NCBI GenBank assembly: GCA_964016885.1
Contig: OZ024741.1
Span: forward strand, 377,208,001 to 377,272,000
Reading direction: 5' to 3'
Source: Eledone cirrhosa
Lineage: Eukaryota
Length of the DNA: 64,000 bases
Shown here: piece by piece, positions 44,862 to 56,074 of the stretch
Layout of the letters: every line of letters begins with the position of its first letter
How positions within the stretch are numbered: position 1 is the first letter of the stretch
Notes under the pieces: generated by a model
Told to the model about the DNA's origin: nothing
What the model saw: the letters and a program-made list of their open reading frames with translations, nothing else
Database searches by the model: none
Made by a program: the position numbers and the translations under genes

Positions 44862-44907
44862 GAAATGACAGGGGGCTGGATTTGTGTAAATCCTTGAAAG
44901 GTTTATT

Positions 44908-44965
44908 ATACTATGATCATTTCAATGACAGGGTTCCGTATGAATCCGGTGATATCATCAGGTAT
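44908..44965 (-). ncRNA. Type I hammerhead motif within a ~200-bp TA-flanked insert (44858-45060)
   Basis: Minus strand: atac-CTGATGA-tatcaccgg..ccctgtcatt-GAAA-tgatca-TA-gtat. Palindromic stem III ATGATCAT; stem II weak. Confidence 0.6.
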
Positions 44966-45055
44966 TCGAAATATAATACGTGAATGTAATAGGTAAAATC
45001 CATGGGGCTGAAAATCGAATAGACCAGCTCTATACAGTGGTGAACCTCAAACCTG

Positions 45056-45120
<65 letters not shown>

Positions 45121-45121
<1 letters not shown>

Positions 45122-45252
45122 CACCTTGATCACCTTAACCGACCAACCTGACGGGCACCAATCGGCGTCGCTGGTCACAGCACGTCGTGCTGTTTTAGCC
45201 ATAAGATAACGCCATCCCACTGACTGGGCGGGCAGGCCGGTACTCATTTTTA
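45121..45252 (-). mobile_element. Probable SINE 3' fragment of another subfamily
   Basis: Minus strand begins taaaaatgagtaccgg, matching the end of the SINE central motif (taaaataaagtaccag), followed by a different GC-rich tail. Confidence 0.4.
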
Positions 45253-45255
45253 GCG

Positions 45256-46008
45256 CTACGATTTCACAGAACTTAAGTTCATCGATTTCTGGGACTTGAC
45301 TCCTTCTTCCTCACCTTTCGTTGCATTAACATCTTTGTTTGTTTACATGTTTCGCTCGTTTCACCTTATTTTCCGTGTCCCAACGACTTTCTTTAGCTGT
45401 TGCTCGCACCAACCAGCGGTATATGATCTGAAAGCGCTGAAATACCAATGGAGGCTGGAAGATTACTGATGAAGGACTAATTTTATTCATATGTAACCCC
45501 TTTGCAACCAAGCCGCATGCCATCTTTTCATATATTTATATATTTCCCTCCTCTGTGACCCGTCTGTTTCTTTCTTACTACTTCCCCTTGCTCTGTATCT
45601 CTCACTTTCTTTTTCCCCTCTCTGCCAGTCACTCTCTCAGTTAGCCTCTTCCTCACACTTTCACTCACTTACTCTCTGCTACTCTCTCTCCATCACTTCC
45701 TCCCGTTTGACCTGTGCGAAATTCTTTCCTCGCTCACATTTCACCCAGGTTGGATGGTCTTTTTCTTTCTTCTACGATTTCACAGAACTTAAGTTCACCG
45801 ATTTCAGGGACTTGACTCCTTCTTCCTCACTTTTCGTTGCATTACTATCTTTGTTTGTTTACATGTCTCGCTTGTTTCACCCTATTTTACGTGTCCCAAC
45901 GACTTTCTTTAGCCGTTGCTCGCACCAACCAGAGGTATATGATCTTTAAAGCGATGAAATACCAATGGAGGCTGGAAGATGACTGATGAAGGACTAATTT
46001 TATTCATA
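45256..46008 (+). mobile_element. Direct-repeat pair (45256-45492 and 45772-46008): PLE pLTR-like, each ending in the 5' half of a hammerhead core
   Basis: Two ~237-bp highly similar copies, period 516 bp; each has CTGATGAAGG shortly before its end. Confidence 0.7.
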
Positions 46009-46527
46009 TATATATATATATATACATGTATATATACATATATGTATGCATGTATGTATATATATGGCATATATATCACATGATAGTGCAATCGACGGAG
46101 TGTAGAGTCTGTCTGCGTACGCCAGACTATCTGTATCACAATGAAGCTGAAACCAACGATTTAGAAATTACCTCAGCTTGTTCCATGATCGCAGTTAGAC
46201 GTATCTCGATGGTAACTATCCTGTAGTAGTTAGGAATTTTTCAGACAGCCACTGAGTGAACAGAAAATTATATGAAAACAAATCTCATGAATAAAAGAAC
46301 GTGAACAAAAATAAAATGAGTACAAATTATTCAAGTAGTTTCGTTGTTTTGCCAAAGCAGAGCATATTTTTAATCATCTGATTTCTATTCTTATCACTTT
46401 ATGTTCATGTAATAACTGTCACATGGGGTTGTAACTGTTATATAGCAGATACCATCGAAATACGTATAGCAGAGATTATTCAATAGAATGAGGTAAATTC
46501 GAACCCACTGGCTGCTATTTCACTGTG

Positions 46528-46604
<77 letters not shown>

Positions 46605-46653
46605 CCTATCTATATATCTATCATTCTGTCTATCTATCTATCTATCTATCTAT
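46528..46653. repeat. (TATC)n microsatellite directly 5' of Tx1-like family A
   Basis: Direct reading; the same motif occurs at 51830-51865, 52371-52390 and 56024-56056 (minus). Confidence 0.95.
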
Positions 46654-46797
46654 CAGACGTGTGGTAGATCGTCGGTAACTTTTTGTAAAATGTTCTATAC
46701 AAAAACAGTATTGATTGTGTGAAAATTTATATTGTTTGATAGATTAATACCCAGGCTGAATTGTCAGCTGGGTGGTAATCTCTGTTCTTGCCCCAGA

Positions 46798-48301
46798 ATG
46801 AGAAACAGATGCTCTCTGAAGCAAATGAGTGTATCACTCTCGGTGAAAGCGGCGGATTTCAGATAAACTCACCCCCAGAAATTCGTCTGGAAACATTTAG
46901 AAGGACAATTACCTTCAGAACTGTTTCAAATAAAACAAAACGACCAACATTCCTCAGTCAAGAGGAAATTGAGGCAACCTTGAAAGAGATATTGCCAGAC
47001 ATTGACTTTATGCAGAGGGCCAAATAGTACGGGAGTATTTCGGTACTCCTCAAAAGCGAGGCCCTTACACAAAGATACTCAGTGACGCCAATACTGTCCC
47101 AAAATTACACCTTTTTCCCTACATACCTGGGAAAAAGGACACGAAAATTTAGTTTCAAACATACCACCAAATATTAATATTTGGTGGATATTTGCAGGAT
47201 TTTTAGAGGAGAGAAAGGACACTCTTCTCTCCATCAAAAGGTCAACCAGACGCACCTGGTCTGGTACAAATTTTGAGATTCTGGTGCAAATGAGCCCGGA
47301 AAGAATCTCAAAAGTACCAGAAAAAGTACTAGTGGACAACAAGAGCCATATAAACATTTCGGTTGATCGAAGAAAACCACATTGCTTTCGTTGCAATAGC
47401 ACCACACACCTAAAGGTCTGCTGCCCTTTACAAACGCTCAACCATAACAATACAAAAGAAAACACTGTTACCAACACCAACTCCAAAACAACCACCACCA
47501 CAATAACAACAACTCACGAAACAAGCAAACACACCAAAACAAACAGCCAGTCAACCAACAACAACTGAAAACACACAGACAACACCACTGAAGAACACAG
47601 CTCCACCCTATCCCACTCCATCAAACACTACCACAAACACACACACCGAAACACAACCACCACACATGATACCCCTACCCCACACTCCTGACGATGACTA
47701 TTCCCCAACAGATGATGCTGCTTCTTATTTAAGTGAAGAAGAAGGAGAGCTTCAGAAATCTAAAATAAAAAAATTTAGACACCACAAAACCCCCAAATCT
47801 CCAATCACCAACACCAACACACAACCACAGACACACACAAAACACAAACAACACCAGAGGCAAACATCAACCCACCAGAAAAACCCAACACCAACACAAT
47901 CCCAAACACAAGCACACACCATAAAACGAAAACTCCCGGATGAACAACAAACTAAAACAACACAACAAAAACACAAACAACAATACGCATACATCAACAC
48001 AAACAACAAGAGTTTGATGGTGGTCATCTTCCAAAACCCCAAGGTGGAGACGGAGGGCAAAACTTTCGTCAAAGCAGAATTGTCTCCACACCTAAAACTA
48101 ATAAGGGTTTCGATTGAAACGTATCAGAAATTGAAAGGACAGTTTTCACAGGATATTGGCAACCCCTGTCAAAAACCTATTAACCGGGTCTTATTAAAAT
48201 GTGTCCCCACCCGACCCAACACCCCCACCAGAACTGAAATGGAGATTAAACAACCCGATCTCATGAAACGAAAATGTAAGTGCACCTTATCGTCCTTTTA
48301 G
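46798..48301 (+). pseudogene. Tx1-like ORF1 (zinc knuckle), interrupted
   Basis: VDRRKPHCFRCNSTTHLKVCC; T/Q/K-rich linker; C-terminal YAYINTNNKSLM..KPINRV homologous to family B. Confidence 0.8.
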
Positions 48302-48320
48302 CCAACTCTTTTCCACCAAT

Positions 48321-51300
48321 ATGGCTGACTTACGAGTGTCAAGCGTGAATGTGCGTGGCCTAGGGATGCCCTGGAAACAGGGCTAAATTTTAAACGACCT
48401 TAGTTCACACGTTATAGATGTAATAGCCATCACCGAGTCCAGGATTCACAACAGGCACCAACTAACCCCATCTTCAATAACTTTGAGATCTACGCATCTC
48501 TCTGTAAGCCAGGAGTGGAGGGGGAGTGACTGTCATGTTTCGAAAAAACCTGGATCTCGAAGTACAGCAAGTACACTTGGACCAGGAGGGTAGACTGGTG
48601 GTCCTAGATATGAACAGTATTGGAGGTGGAGCCTTCAGACTGGTGGCCCTTTATGCTCCGACCGGGCAATAACAATCGCGGCCAGATATCTTTAAGCATC
48701 TAGATTTTTTTCTGGGAACCTCTCGCTCCTTGCTTTTAGTGGCGGACTGGAATGCTATCCTAGATGACCGATGGGACTATGTAGGAGCATGTCCCAAATA
48801 GAGGGGGTGCAACAGCCTCAAAACTTTAATTGGCCTATTCCAACTGGCCGATAGGTATCGACTGTATTTCCCAACTGCACCACAGTGGACCTGGGCAAAC
48901 CGTAGCGGGACATCTAGATCGTATTTAGATAGGTTCTTCATTAGAGAAAGGGACAAGGAGATGTTAAGCTGTCCACAAATGCACATTGTTGCTTATTCAG
49001 ATCACAGATTAGTCGTCTGCATAGTCAACCGTGATAGAACACATAGGCAGGGACCCGGATACTGGAAGCTACACGTGTCGTTGCCGGCACATAAAGCTTA
49101 CAGTAAACGGATAAGTAGACTAGTCAAGCAACAATTAACGGGAGCCATCGTCAACAATAGATGGTGGTACTCCCTCAAGAAAGCAATTAGAGTAGAATCG
49201 ATAGAATTTACCAGAGAGTTAGCCTTAGAGAAAAACAAAATAGAAAGAGAACTAGTAGCCAAGGAAGCACTCAAAAGTGGCAACGCGGCTAGAGTGTTAG
49301 CGTCGAGAACGACACTGGACCAGTTCTTAGAAGCTGCGTGGTCAGAAGCAAAACACGTGCTCTAAGAAACGAAGGAGCGAAAGCTGTCAGCTGGGCCCGA
49401 GTGGCGGAGGCGAAAAGTGGCAGCAAGTCCACAATTCGGTCTTTGAAAGACCAAAACGGACGCGTGCTACTTGACCCCAAGCAAATGTGCGCGGCCTTTC
49501 AGCAGCACTTTGCACGACTGTTTGAGCAGAAAGACGGTGAGCCGAACGGGGCAATGGACTTTAGTTCATACCGCGACGGCCTGTCGCGTCTCTCGAACAT
49601 GGACGCCAAGTTCTGCGACAGACCGATCACGGACACTGAGATACGCGACCCTCTGGGCCGCTGCGGGAAACGCAAGTCACCCGGTCTAGATAGTCTACCC
49701 TATGAGTTTTACATAGGCATGGCGGACTTGTTTTCTTGCGTCCTCGAAGCCGTCTATTGCAATTGGCAGCAGAATGGGAGAATTCCCAGTTCTGCAGGCA
49801 AGGGCATAGTAACGCTGATCAGGAAAGACAAGAACAAGGGGGACGAAATTAACAACATCAGGCCCATAAATCTGTTCAACGCAGATTTAAAGATTTTGGC
49901 CAAGGTGCTGGCGACGAGGTTGGCGCTTGTCGTCGAGAACATGGTAGGGAAAGCGCAAACGTGTTCAATCACGACCAGGTCCATACACGACAACCTCCAC
50001 TTCATGCGATACATCATAGAGAGGGTTGGTAGTAAACCCGGCTGCGATGGGGACTCTGATCAATTCGGATCAGTCTAAGGCATTCGATAGGGTCGACCAT
50101 CGATACTTGGAAGCGGTTCTCAAGGCGGCCGGTTGCGGTCCCGCTTTCAGAGGCTGTATCGAGGCGATGCACACCAGCATCTGCTCGAGGGTCAAGGTGA
50201 ACGGTTACCTATCGGAGCCGTTCGCAATCACCCGTTCCATTCGACAGGGATGCCCTCTCTCCTCCATTCTGTATGTATTGATTCTAGAGCCACTACATCG
50301 GAAATTGGAGCTGTTGCAGGGCATTCCGTTGGAACCGGGACAAGTCTGTCGGTTTAAAACTCGGTACGTGGAGAGGCAAACCGATGACGTCTGACAGCTG
50401 CGTTGGACGCTGGACGGATGGATCGGTGAAATTGCTCGGGGTCTGGTTCAGTACAGACCTTCAGGTGGAGAAAAACTGGAACGAGGTCACGGCCAATGTG
50501 ATTGCGCTCACCCAGAAGTGGGCAGAGTGCGAACTCTCCTTGAAAGGTCGAGCGGAGGTGGCGAACACTTTCATAGCGTCCGTCATCGACTACCGCTTGA
50601 CTGTCGTGCCTTGTCCCCGTGAACACCCCTCCAAGAGTGCACGCATACTCTTCCAGTGTCTGTGGAAGAAGCAGGCTCCGCTGGTGAGGAGATCCTTCTG
50701 CTGTCAGCACCCCCCCCCCCCCCACGGAGGGCTGGCATGCCGTGGCTGATGATGCGCAAACATGCGCTGAGGCTGCGGCATCTCTAGGTATTCCTCGCCG
50801 ACACTCAACACTTGTGGGCACCGTTCGTGAGATAGGCTTTCCCGCAGCTCGTCTTGCTGACGGCGCTGCAGTCTTGGGTCAAGAAAAGACCGAAAACGAT
50901 GGGCGCCTGGCACTTTGAACGCGCTAAGGCGCTCACAGTCCTCTATCAAGCGGGCACAGCAATCAGTGGAGACTCCACTCCAATATTCTATAGAGGGATT
51001 GTACGTTACAAGGGCGACGACGTGCTCGGAGAGATTATGGGCATCAAACGATGAGCTCACCAGTCTGCTCGTAGGACTTTCTGCCCGGGACCTATGGACA
51101 ACTTCCATAGCTCCCTGGCCTGGCAGTGCTACCGAGGTGCTCTACCAGTTCGTGACAAGATATACAGGCACGGACGCAGGGATCCTTCCATGCGCAGGAC
51201 ATCGAAATCGTCCTGCACGCAATTGTACATAGCCCGGGCGTAATCGACCTATGGTACTATGCAGAACAACTGCTGTCGCTAATGGACAAATCCAGTTGAC

Positions 51301-51593
51301 TGCCGAGTCCATAGTAAGGATCAAACCGCCAGCCTCTTTCAAAAACGAAAGAGAGCGGTTTTCCTCTGTACAGTTGCTATGGTGAAAGAGGTTATATGGT
51401 GGACGAGATTGAGAGGTCTGAGGACAGATGCCTTTCTCTCAGGACAACAATTGATTCCCTTCTTAAGTATCACTTTAGAAGGAGAATCAGAGTGGAGAGA
51501 GAGGCACTGCACCCCAGTAAATTTACTGAAAGGTAGGTGAATGTGGCAAAAATGGCCCGATTGATTTGGCCTTCTCTGTTTATAAGCCTGTAG
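48321..51593 (+). pseudogene. Tx1-like ORF2 (APE endonuclease + RT), multiple stops, frameshifts and deletions
   Basis: MADLRVSSVNVRGL, ALYAP, ADWN, SYLDR, SDHR, GPGYWKL, KSPGLDSLPYEFY, IRPINLFNADLKILAKVL, DQSKAFDRV, IRQGCPLS; YADD segment deleted. Confidence 0.92.
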
Positions 51594-51828
51594 GTTAAAG
51601 AGGAGAGCAAAAGTAAGAAGGGAGCACTTGCACAACACGCTTCTGACGTTGGGGGTTGTTCTATCGACGGGGTATTAAACAACCCTTTTGTGGCGCTTAA
51701 CCCCCTATTGGGGATTTCGATTGTTATAATTGTTTGTTTTATATTTTTTACACGATTGTATGTAAAATCCCCGGCATGTCTTTGTATTGTCCCCTTTTCT
51801 TGTGCGCCCTTGTGGCAAATAAAGAAAT

Positions 51829-51859
<31 letters not shown>

Positions 51860-51865
51860 ACTATC

Positions 51866-52370
51866 CGCCACCCCCCTTCAAAAATGAAGGAGAGGTGGTT
51901 TTCCTTTGTCTGATAGCTATGGCGAAAGAGGTTGTAAGGTGGACGAGGTTAAAAGGGCTGAGGTCAGACACCTTTCTTTCCGGCCAACAACTGATCCTTT
52001 TTTTCAAATACCACTTTGGAAGAAGAATCAGGATGGAGAGAGAGGTGCAGTACTCCAGCAAATTTTTTGAAAGGTGGGTGAAAGTGGCGAGAATGGCCCG
52101 AGTGAATGGGCCTTCTCTTTATATTAGCCTGTAGGGTGAAGAAAAAGAGGAAGAGAGGGAAGGAGTACATATTCTTCGTACTCCTGGAGATGAGGGTTGC
52201 ACATTTTTTTCGGGGTATGTGCTACCCATATGAACTGTCTCCCCTATTGGAGAAAATCGATTAACTTTTAATTTGCATTTGTGATAATATTTTACACGTT
52301 TGTGTTGTATGTAAACTCCCCCTTTGTAATTGTCCCCTTCTTTTGTGCCCCTGTGGCTAATAAAGAAACA
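51866..52370 (+). mobile_element. Tx1-like family A, 5'-truncated 3' fragment in tandem
   Basis: VFLCLIAMAKEVVRWTRLKGL..ARMARVNGPSLYISL*, then 3' UTR and (TATC)n. Confidence 0.9.
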
Positions 52371-52511
52371 TATCTATCTATCTATCTATCAGTTCTATGT
52401 ATGTATATATATATATATAACGAAGGAAATGTGGTAAGGAACCAGGTGGACCATAACGCACCAAAGTACTCGATACTTGAGGTAGTAGAGTGGGTAATAG
52501 GAACCAGTAAG

Positions 52512-52605
52512 ACCCCGACAGCTGAGCTCAAGCCGTTTCGACGGCTAATTCTGGACTAAATGAAAATTTACCAGGGTATTTAAATAGCCGATCTTCTCAA
52601 GGGGT
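52512..52605 (-). ncRNA. Type I hammerhead motif, U3:A8 variant, intact
   Basis: Minus strand: acccc-TTGAGAA-gatcggcta...tagccgtc-GAAA-cggcttgagctcagct-GTC-ggggt; all three stems pair. Confidence 0.8.
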
Positions 52606-54179
52606 AATTCCATATATGGTCAAAGTGATTGTCAAAAATCAGTAGTAATTCTGTGGTTGCAAATTAGTAGGGGAGATGGTGGCTAAACCTGCCAGTAGAA
52701 GAAAGAGGGGAGGGGGTGGAGTAGACCCAATCAAGCGTTGGTAGTGCCAGCTACAGCTGGGCATGAGGTCAAAGAAGATACAGGGGAGGGGGGGAAGTCG
52801 GAACGGTAGGTAGAACAATGGGGGGTAGAAATAGGAAAGAAAAAATACTGAGAGTGAAGAAAAGCAAATAAGTGTAAAGAAAAAAGTAAAGTAAATTAAA
52901 TTCTACGACCTAGGTCTCAGGCTATTGTTAGGCTAGAATAAAATAAAGAAATACAACTTTACAAATGCTGTTTTCGACGGCCAACTCCTAAAAAAGAAAG
53001 ATGAACTGGTCACTGCATGTAAACATAGATTGCGTAGGACTTACCTCGCCCTCAAACCCCATAATGACCCGGGGGTAGACTAGGGCTATAACACCCCACT
53101 TGCCGATTTTGCAATGGGTAACCCCTGCTTGCCAAGGAAGACGTAAGATCTTCTTTGTATTCTTTTATCGCTTCCTTTATTTCCTTCCCCCCTCTCTCCT
53201 TAGTCCTTCTACCCCAGCTCTTCTCCTTTGTCGGCGTCTTTTCTCGCCCACCCGAGGCTGCCCTTTGGCCCCATGTAGCCTTAGTACCCCCACCACCCCC
53301 TCCCCTAGTCTATGATAGATTTGGCGGACTCCGCCCTTTATAGCAGTTGGCTTAGACCCCGGATACTTGCCCCCTTTTTCCGACCGCTCCCACTATTCTC
53401 GGTGCCCTCTATATTTCTTAGTGGCACTTATGCCTTATTTTTTCGTTTCAGTATTTCTTGCTTCGCTTTTCTTCTGGGCGGGGTGGATTCTGAATTTATT
53501 TCTCCGTATTCTACCTTTATTTCGTACGAACTTTCATGTAGCTTGTTTTAGATCTTTTAAAGTTAGCATTAGTATATATTTTTCTCGGGACTCAGAATTA
53601 TTATCTCGTACAAGTTCACTTTGCTGCACTGGGTCGTTGCTGGCCCGGGATGAAAACCTTTATTGTTTATTTCGTGGTAGTCTCTTTAGTATTTTGGCCC
53701 CTTTTGTTGACCCGTCACCGTATCATTTACGCACTTATACCTCTTAAAAGGGTCCTTGCCTAATCCGTCCCACCTAGTTCTTTTACTTATTTCGTTATTT
53801 CTTTATTTATTTATTTCTTTACTTCTTTCTTTCTTTCTTTATTTTATTCTAGCCTAACAATAGCCTGAGACCTAGGTCGTAGAATTTAATTTACTTTACT
53901 TTTTTCTTTACACTTATTTGCTTTTCTTCACTATTTTTTCTTTCCTATTTCTACCCCCATTGTTCTACCTACCGTTCCGACTTCCTCCCCCTCCCCCTCC
54001 CCTGTATCTTCTTTGACCTCATGCCCAGCTGTAGCTGGCACTACCAACGCTTGATTGGGTCTACTCCACCCCCTCCCCTCTTTCTCCTACTGGCAGGTTT
54101 AGCCACCATCTCCCCTACTAATTTGCAACCACAGAATTACTACTGATTTTTGACAATCACTTTGACCATATATGGAATT

Positions 54180-54273
54180 ACCCCTTGAGAAGATCGGCTA
54201 TTTAAATACCCTGGTAAATTTTCATTTAGTCCAGAATTAGCCGTCGAGACGGCTTGAGCTCAGCTGTCGGGGT
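54180..54273 (+). ncRNA. Same U3:A8 hammerhead with core mutation (GAAA>GAGA)
   Basis: acccc-TTGAGAA-...-GAGA-cggc..GTC-ggggt. Confidence 0.6.
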
Positions 54274-54283
54274 CTTACTGGTT

Positions 54284-54354
<71 letters not shown>

Positions 54355-54414
54355 TTATTTATAGTTATATATATATATTTATATATATATATACACATAT
54401 ACATAAAAATGAAT

Positions 54415-54673
54415 AATATGTTGATTTAAAACTGAACTATCCACAAGTGTTTTTTAACCTTCATATCATGTCTTCCTGTTTTATCTGATGAAAACACAAA
54501 TATTATTGCATGATGATATTTGTTTTTGAAATGCGCATACTAAAATACATGGAACTCTTTTAATCATCTTTTGTTCTTATATATTATGTATACTCCAGTC
54601 CTACATACTGTAGAGTGCTTCTTATCCGACATCTGCATTGCTTTATTGTACTACAATAAAACTCACCTCCTAC
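54415..54673 (+). mobile_element. Solo pLTR of the 40814-44450 PLE family, with HHR at 54478-54546
   Basis: Matches 44281-44450 and the reverse complement of 37588-37836; core CTGATGA..GAAA-tgcgca-TA intact; TA-flanked. Confidence 0.85.
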
Positions 54674-54696
54674 ATATATATATATATATATATATC

Positions 54697-54816
54697 TAAG
54701 GCGGGTAAAATTCCCGAGATCCATGGACGAGTTCTCTCCAGCGGTCTCTGTCCCTCATTATCGCTGCCATATCCTGCATCTCCGACAGACCAGTGTCTGT
54801 CCTTAGGGCATCAACA
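54697..54816 (-). mobile_element. RTE-like LINE, extreme 3' fragment
   Basis: Minus strand reads VDALRTDTGLSEMQDMAAIMRDRDRWRELVHGSR, typical of RTE C-termini; TA-flanked. Confidence 0.55.
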
Positions 54817-54907
54817 TATATATATATATATACAAAAAAAATATAGAGTTATTAACTCATATTGATACCCAATTAACAAGCTTAACGTATAAATACTGAG
54901 CATTATA

Positions 54908-54975
54908 ATAAAATAAAATACCAGTAATGCACTGCGTAATTGCTGGCCTTGTGCCTAAAGTAGAAACAATTATAA
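54908..54975 (+). mobile_element. SINE 3' fragment
   Basis: ataaaataaaataccagtaatgcactg..ttgctggccttgtgcctaaagtagaaacaattat. Confidence 0.7.
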
Positions 54976-55129
54976 TATTAATATGTGTAGAAGTAAACAC
55001 AGTAAATTCTGCGTCGCAGAATTTACTGTTTACTTCTAAATATATATATATATTCTTCCTTTTGCTCTCTTCTTCAACCTACAGATTTATATACAGAGAA
55101 GGCCCAATCACTCGAGCATAAATCGCTCG

Positions 55130-56030
55130 GGGCCTAAACGGCCACCAGTCTGCAGGCTCCACCTCCAATACTGTTCACGTCTAGGACTACCAGTCTACTC
55201 TCCGGGTTCAAGTATACTTGCTGTACTTCGACATCCAGGTTTTTCCGAAACATGACAGCCACTCCCCCTCCACCTCCTGGCTGACAGAGAGATGCATAGA
55301 TCTCAAAGTCATTGAAGATGGGGGTTAGGTGATGCCTGATGTGGATCCTGGACTCGGTGATGGCTATCACATCCATACCGTGTGACCTAAGGTCGTTTAA
55401 AAGTTGGCCCTGTTTCCAGGGCATCCATAGGCCACGCACATTCACGCTTCCAACTCGTAAACTAGCCATGTTGGTCGAGAAGAGTTGGCGGAAAAGGATA
55501 AAAAAGTGCACTTACCTTTTCCTTTCCTGGAGGTCGGGTTGTTCAATCTCCATTTGGGTGCTGGAGGGGGTTTAGGGTGGGGTGGGCAAACATTTTAACA
55601 GGACGCGGTTGATGGGTTTCTGGCAGGAGTTGCCCACGCCCTGCGAACATTTATTCATCAGGTCACTATAGGTCTCCATAGAAACCGTTATAAGTTTAAG
55701 GTGTGGAGACGATTCTGCCTTAAAGAAAGTGTTGGTCTCCGTCTCCACCTTGGGGTTTTGGGAGATGACCTCCATCAAAGTCTTGTTGTTTGTGTTGATG
55801 TATGCGTATTGTTGTTTTTGTTTTTGTTGTTCGTTCGGGAGTTTTCTTTTTATGGTGGGTGCTTCTCAATAATTTTTAATAAATTTTTGCCCCACAGGTG
55901 CAAAAACTGAGATTATCACTCAGCTGACCATTCAGCCTGGGTGTTATTGTATCAAACAATATAAATTGTCACACAATAATTTCTGTTTTTGTATAGAAAA
56001 TTTTACAAAATCTTACCAAAGATCTATCGC
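55130..56030 (-). mobile_element. Tx1-like family A, internally deleted 5' portion (5' UTR + ORF1 end + endonuclease start)
   Basis: 55890-56030 matches 46660-46795; QNPKVETE..KPINRVLLKC; MASLRVGSVNVRGL..RLVAV. Confidence 0.85.
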
Positions 56031-56074
56031 TAGAGAGATATATAGATAGATAGATAAAATATATATATATATAT

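Larger units (their letters stand above)
46660..51830 (+). mobile_element. Near full-length, degenerate Tx1/L1-like LINE, family A
   Basis: 5' UTR shared with 55890-56030; ORF1 with CCHC; ORF2 with APE endonuclease, RT and C-terminal domain; 3' UTR ending cccttgtggcaaataaagaaa+(TATC)n. Confidence 0.93.
52418..54288 (+). mobile_element. Heavily 5'-truncated PLE with upstream inverted pLTR (arms ~52498-52950 and ~53833-54288)
   Basis: Near-identical inverted arms. The spacer starts with QLLKKKDELVTACKHR, resembling the end of the PLE endonuclease (cf. IINRRTDLFSICL at ~43210), followed by a pyrimidine-rich 3' region. Confidence 0.85.
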
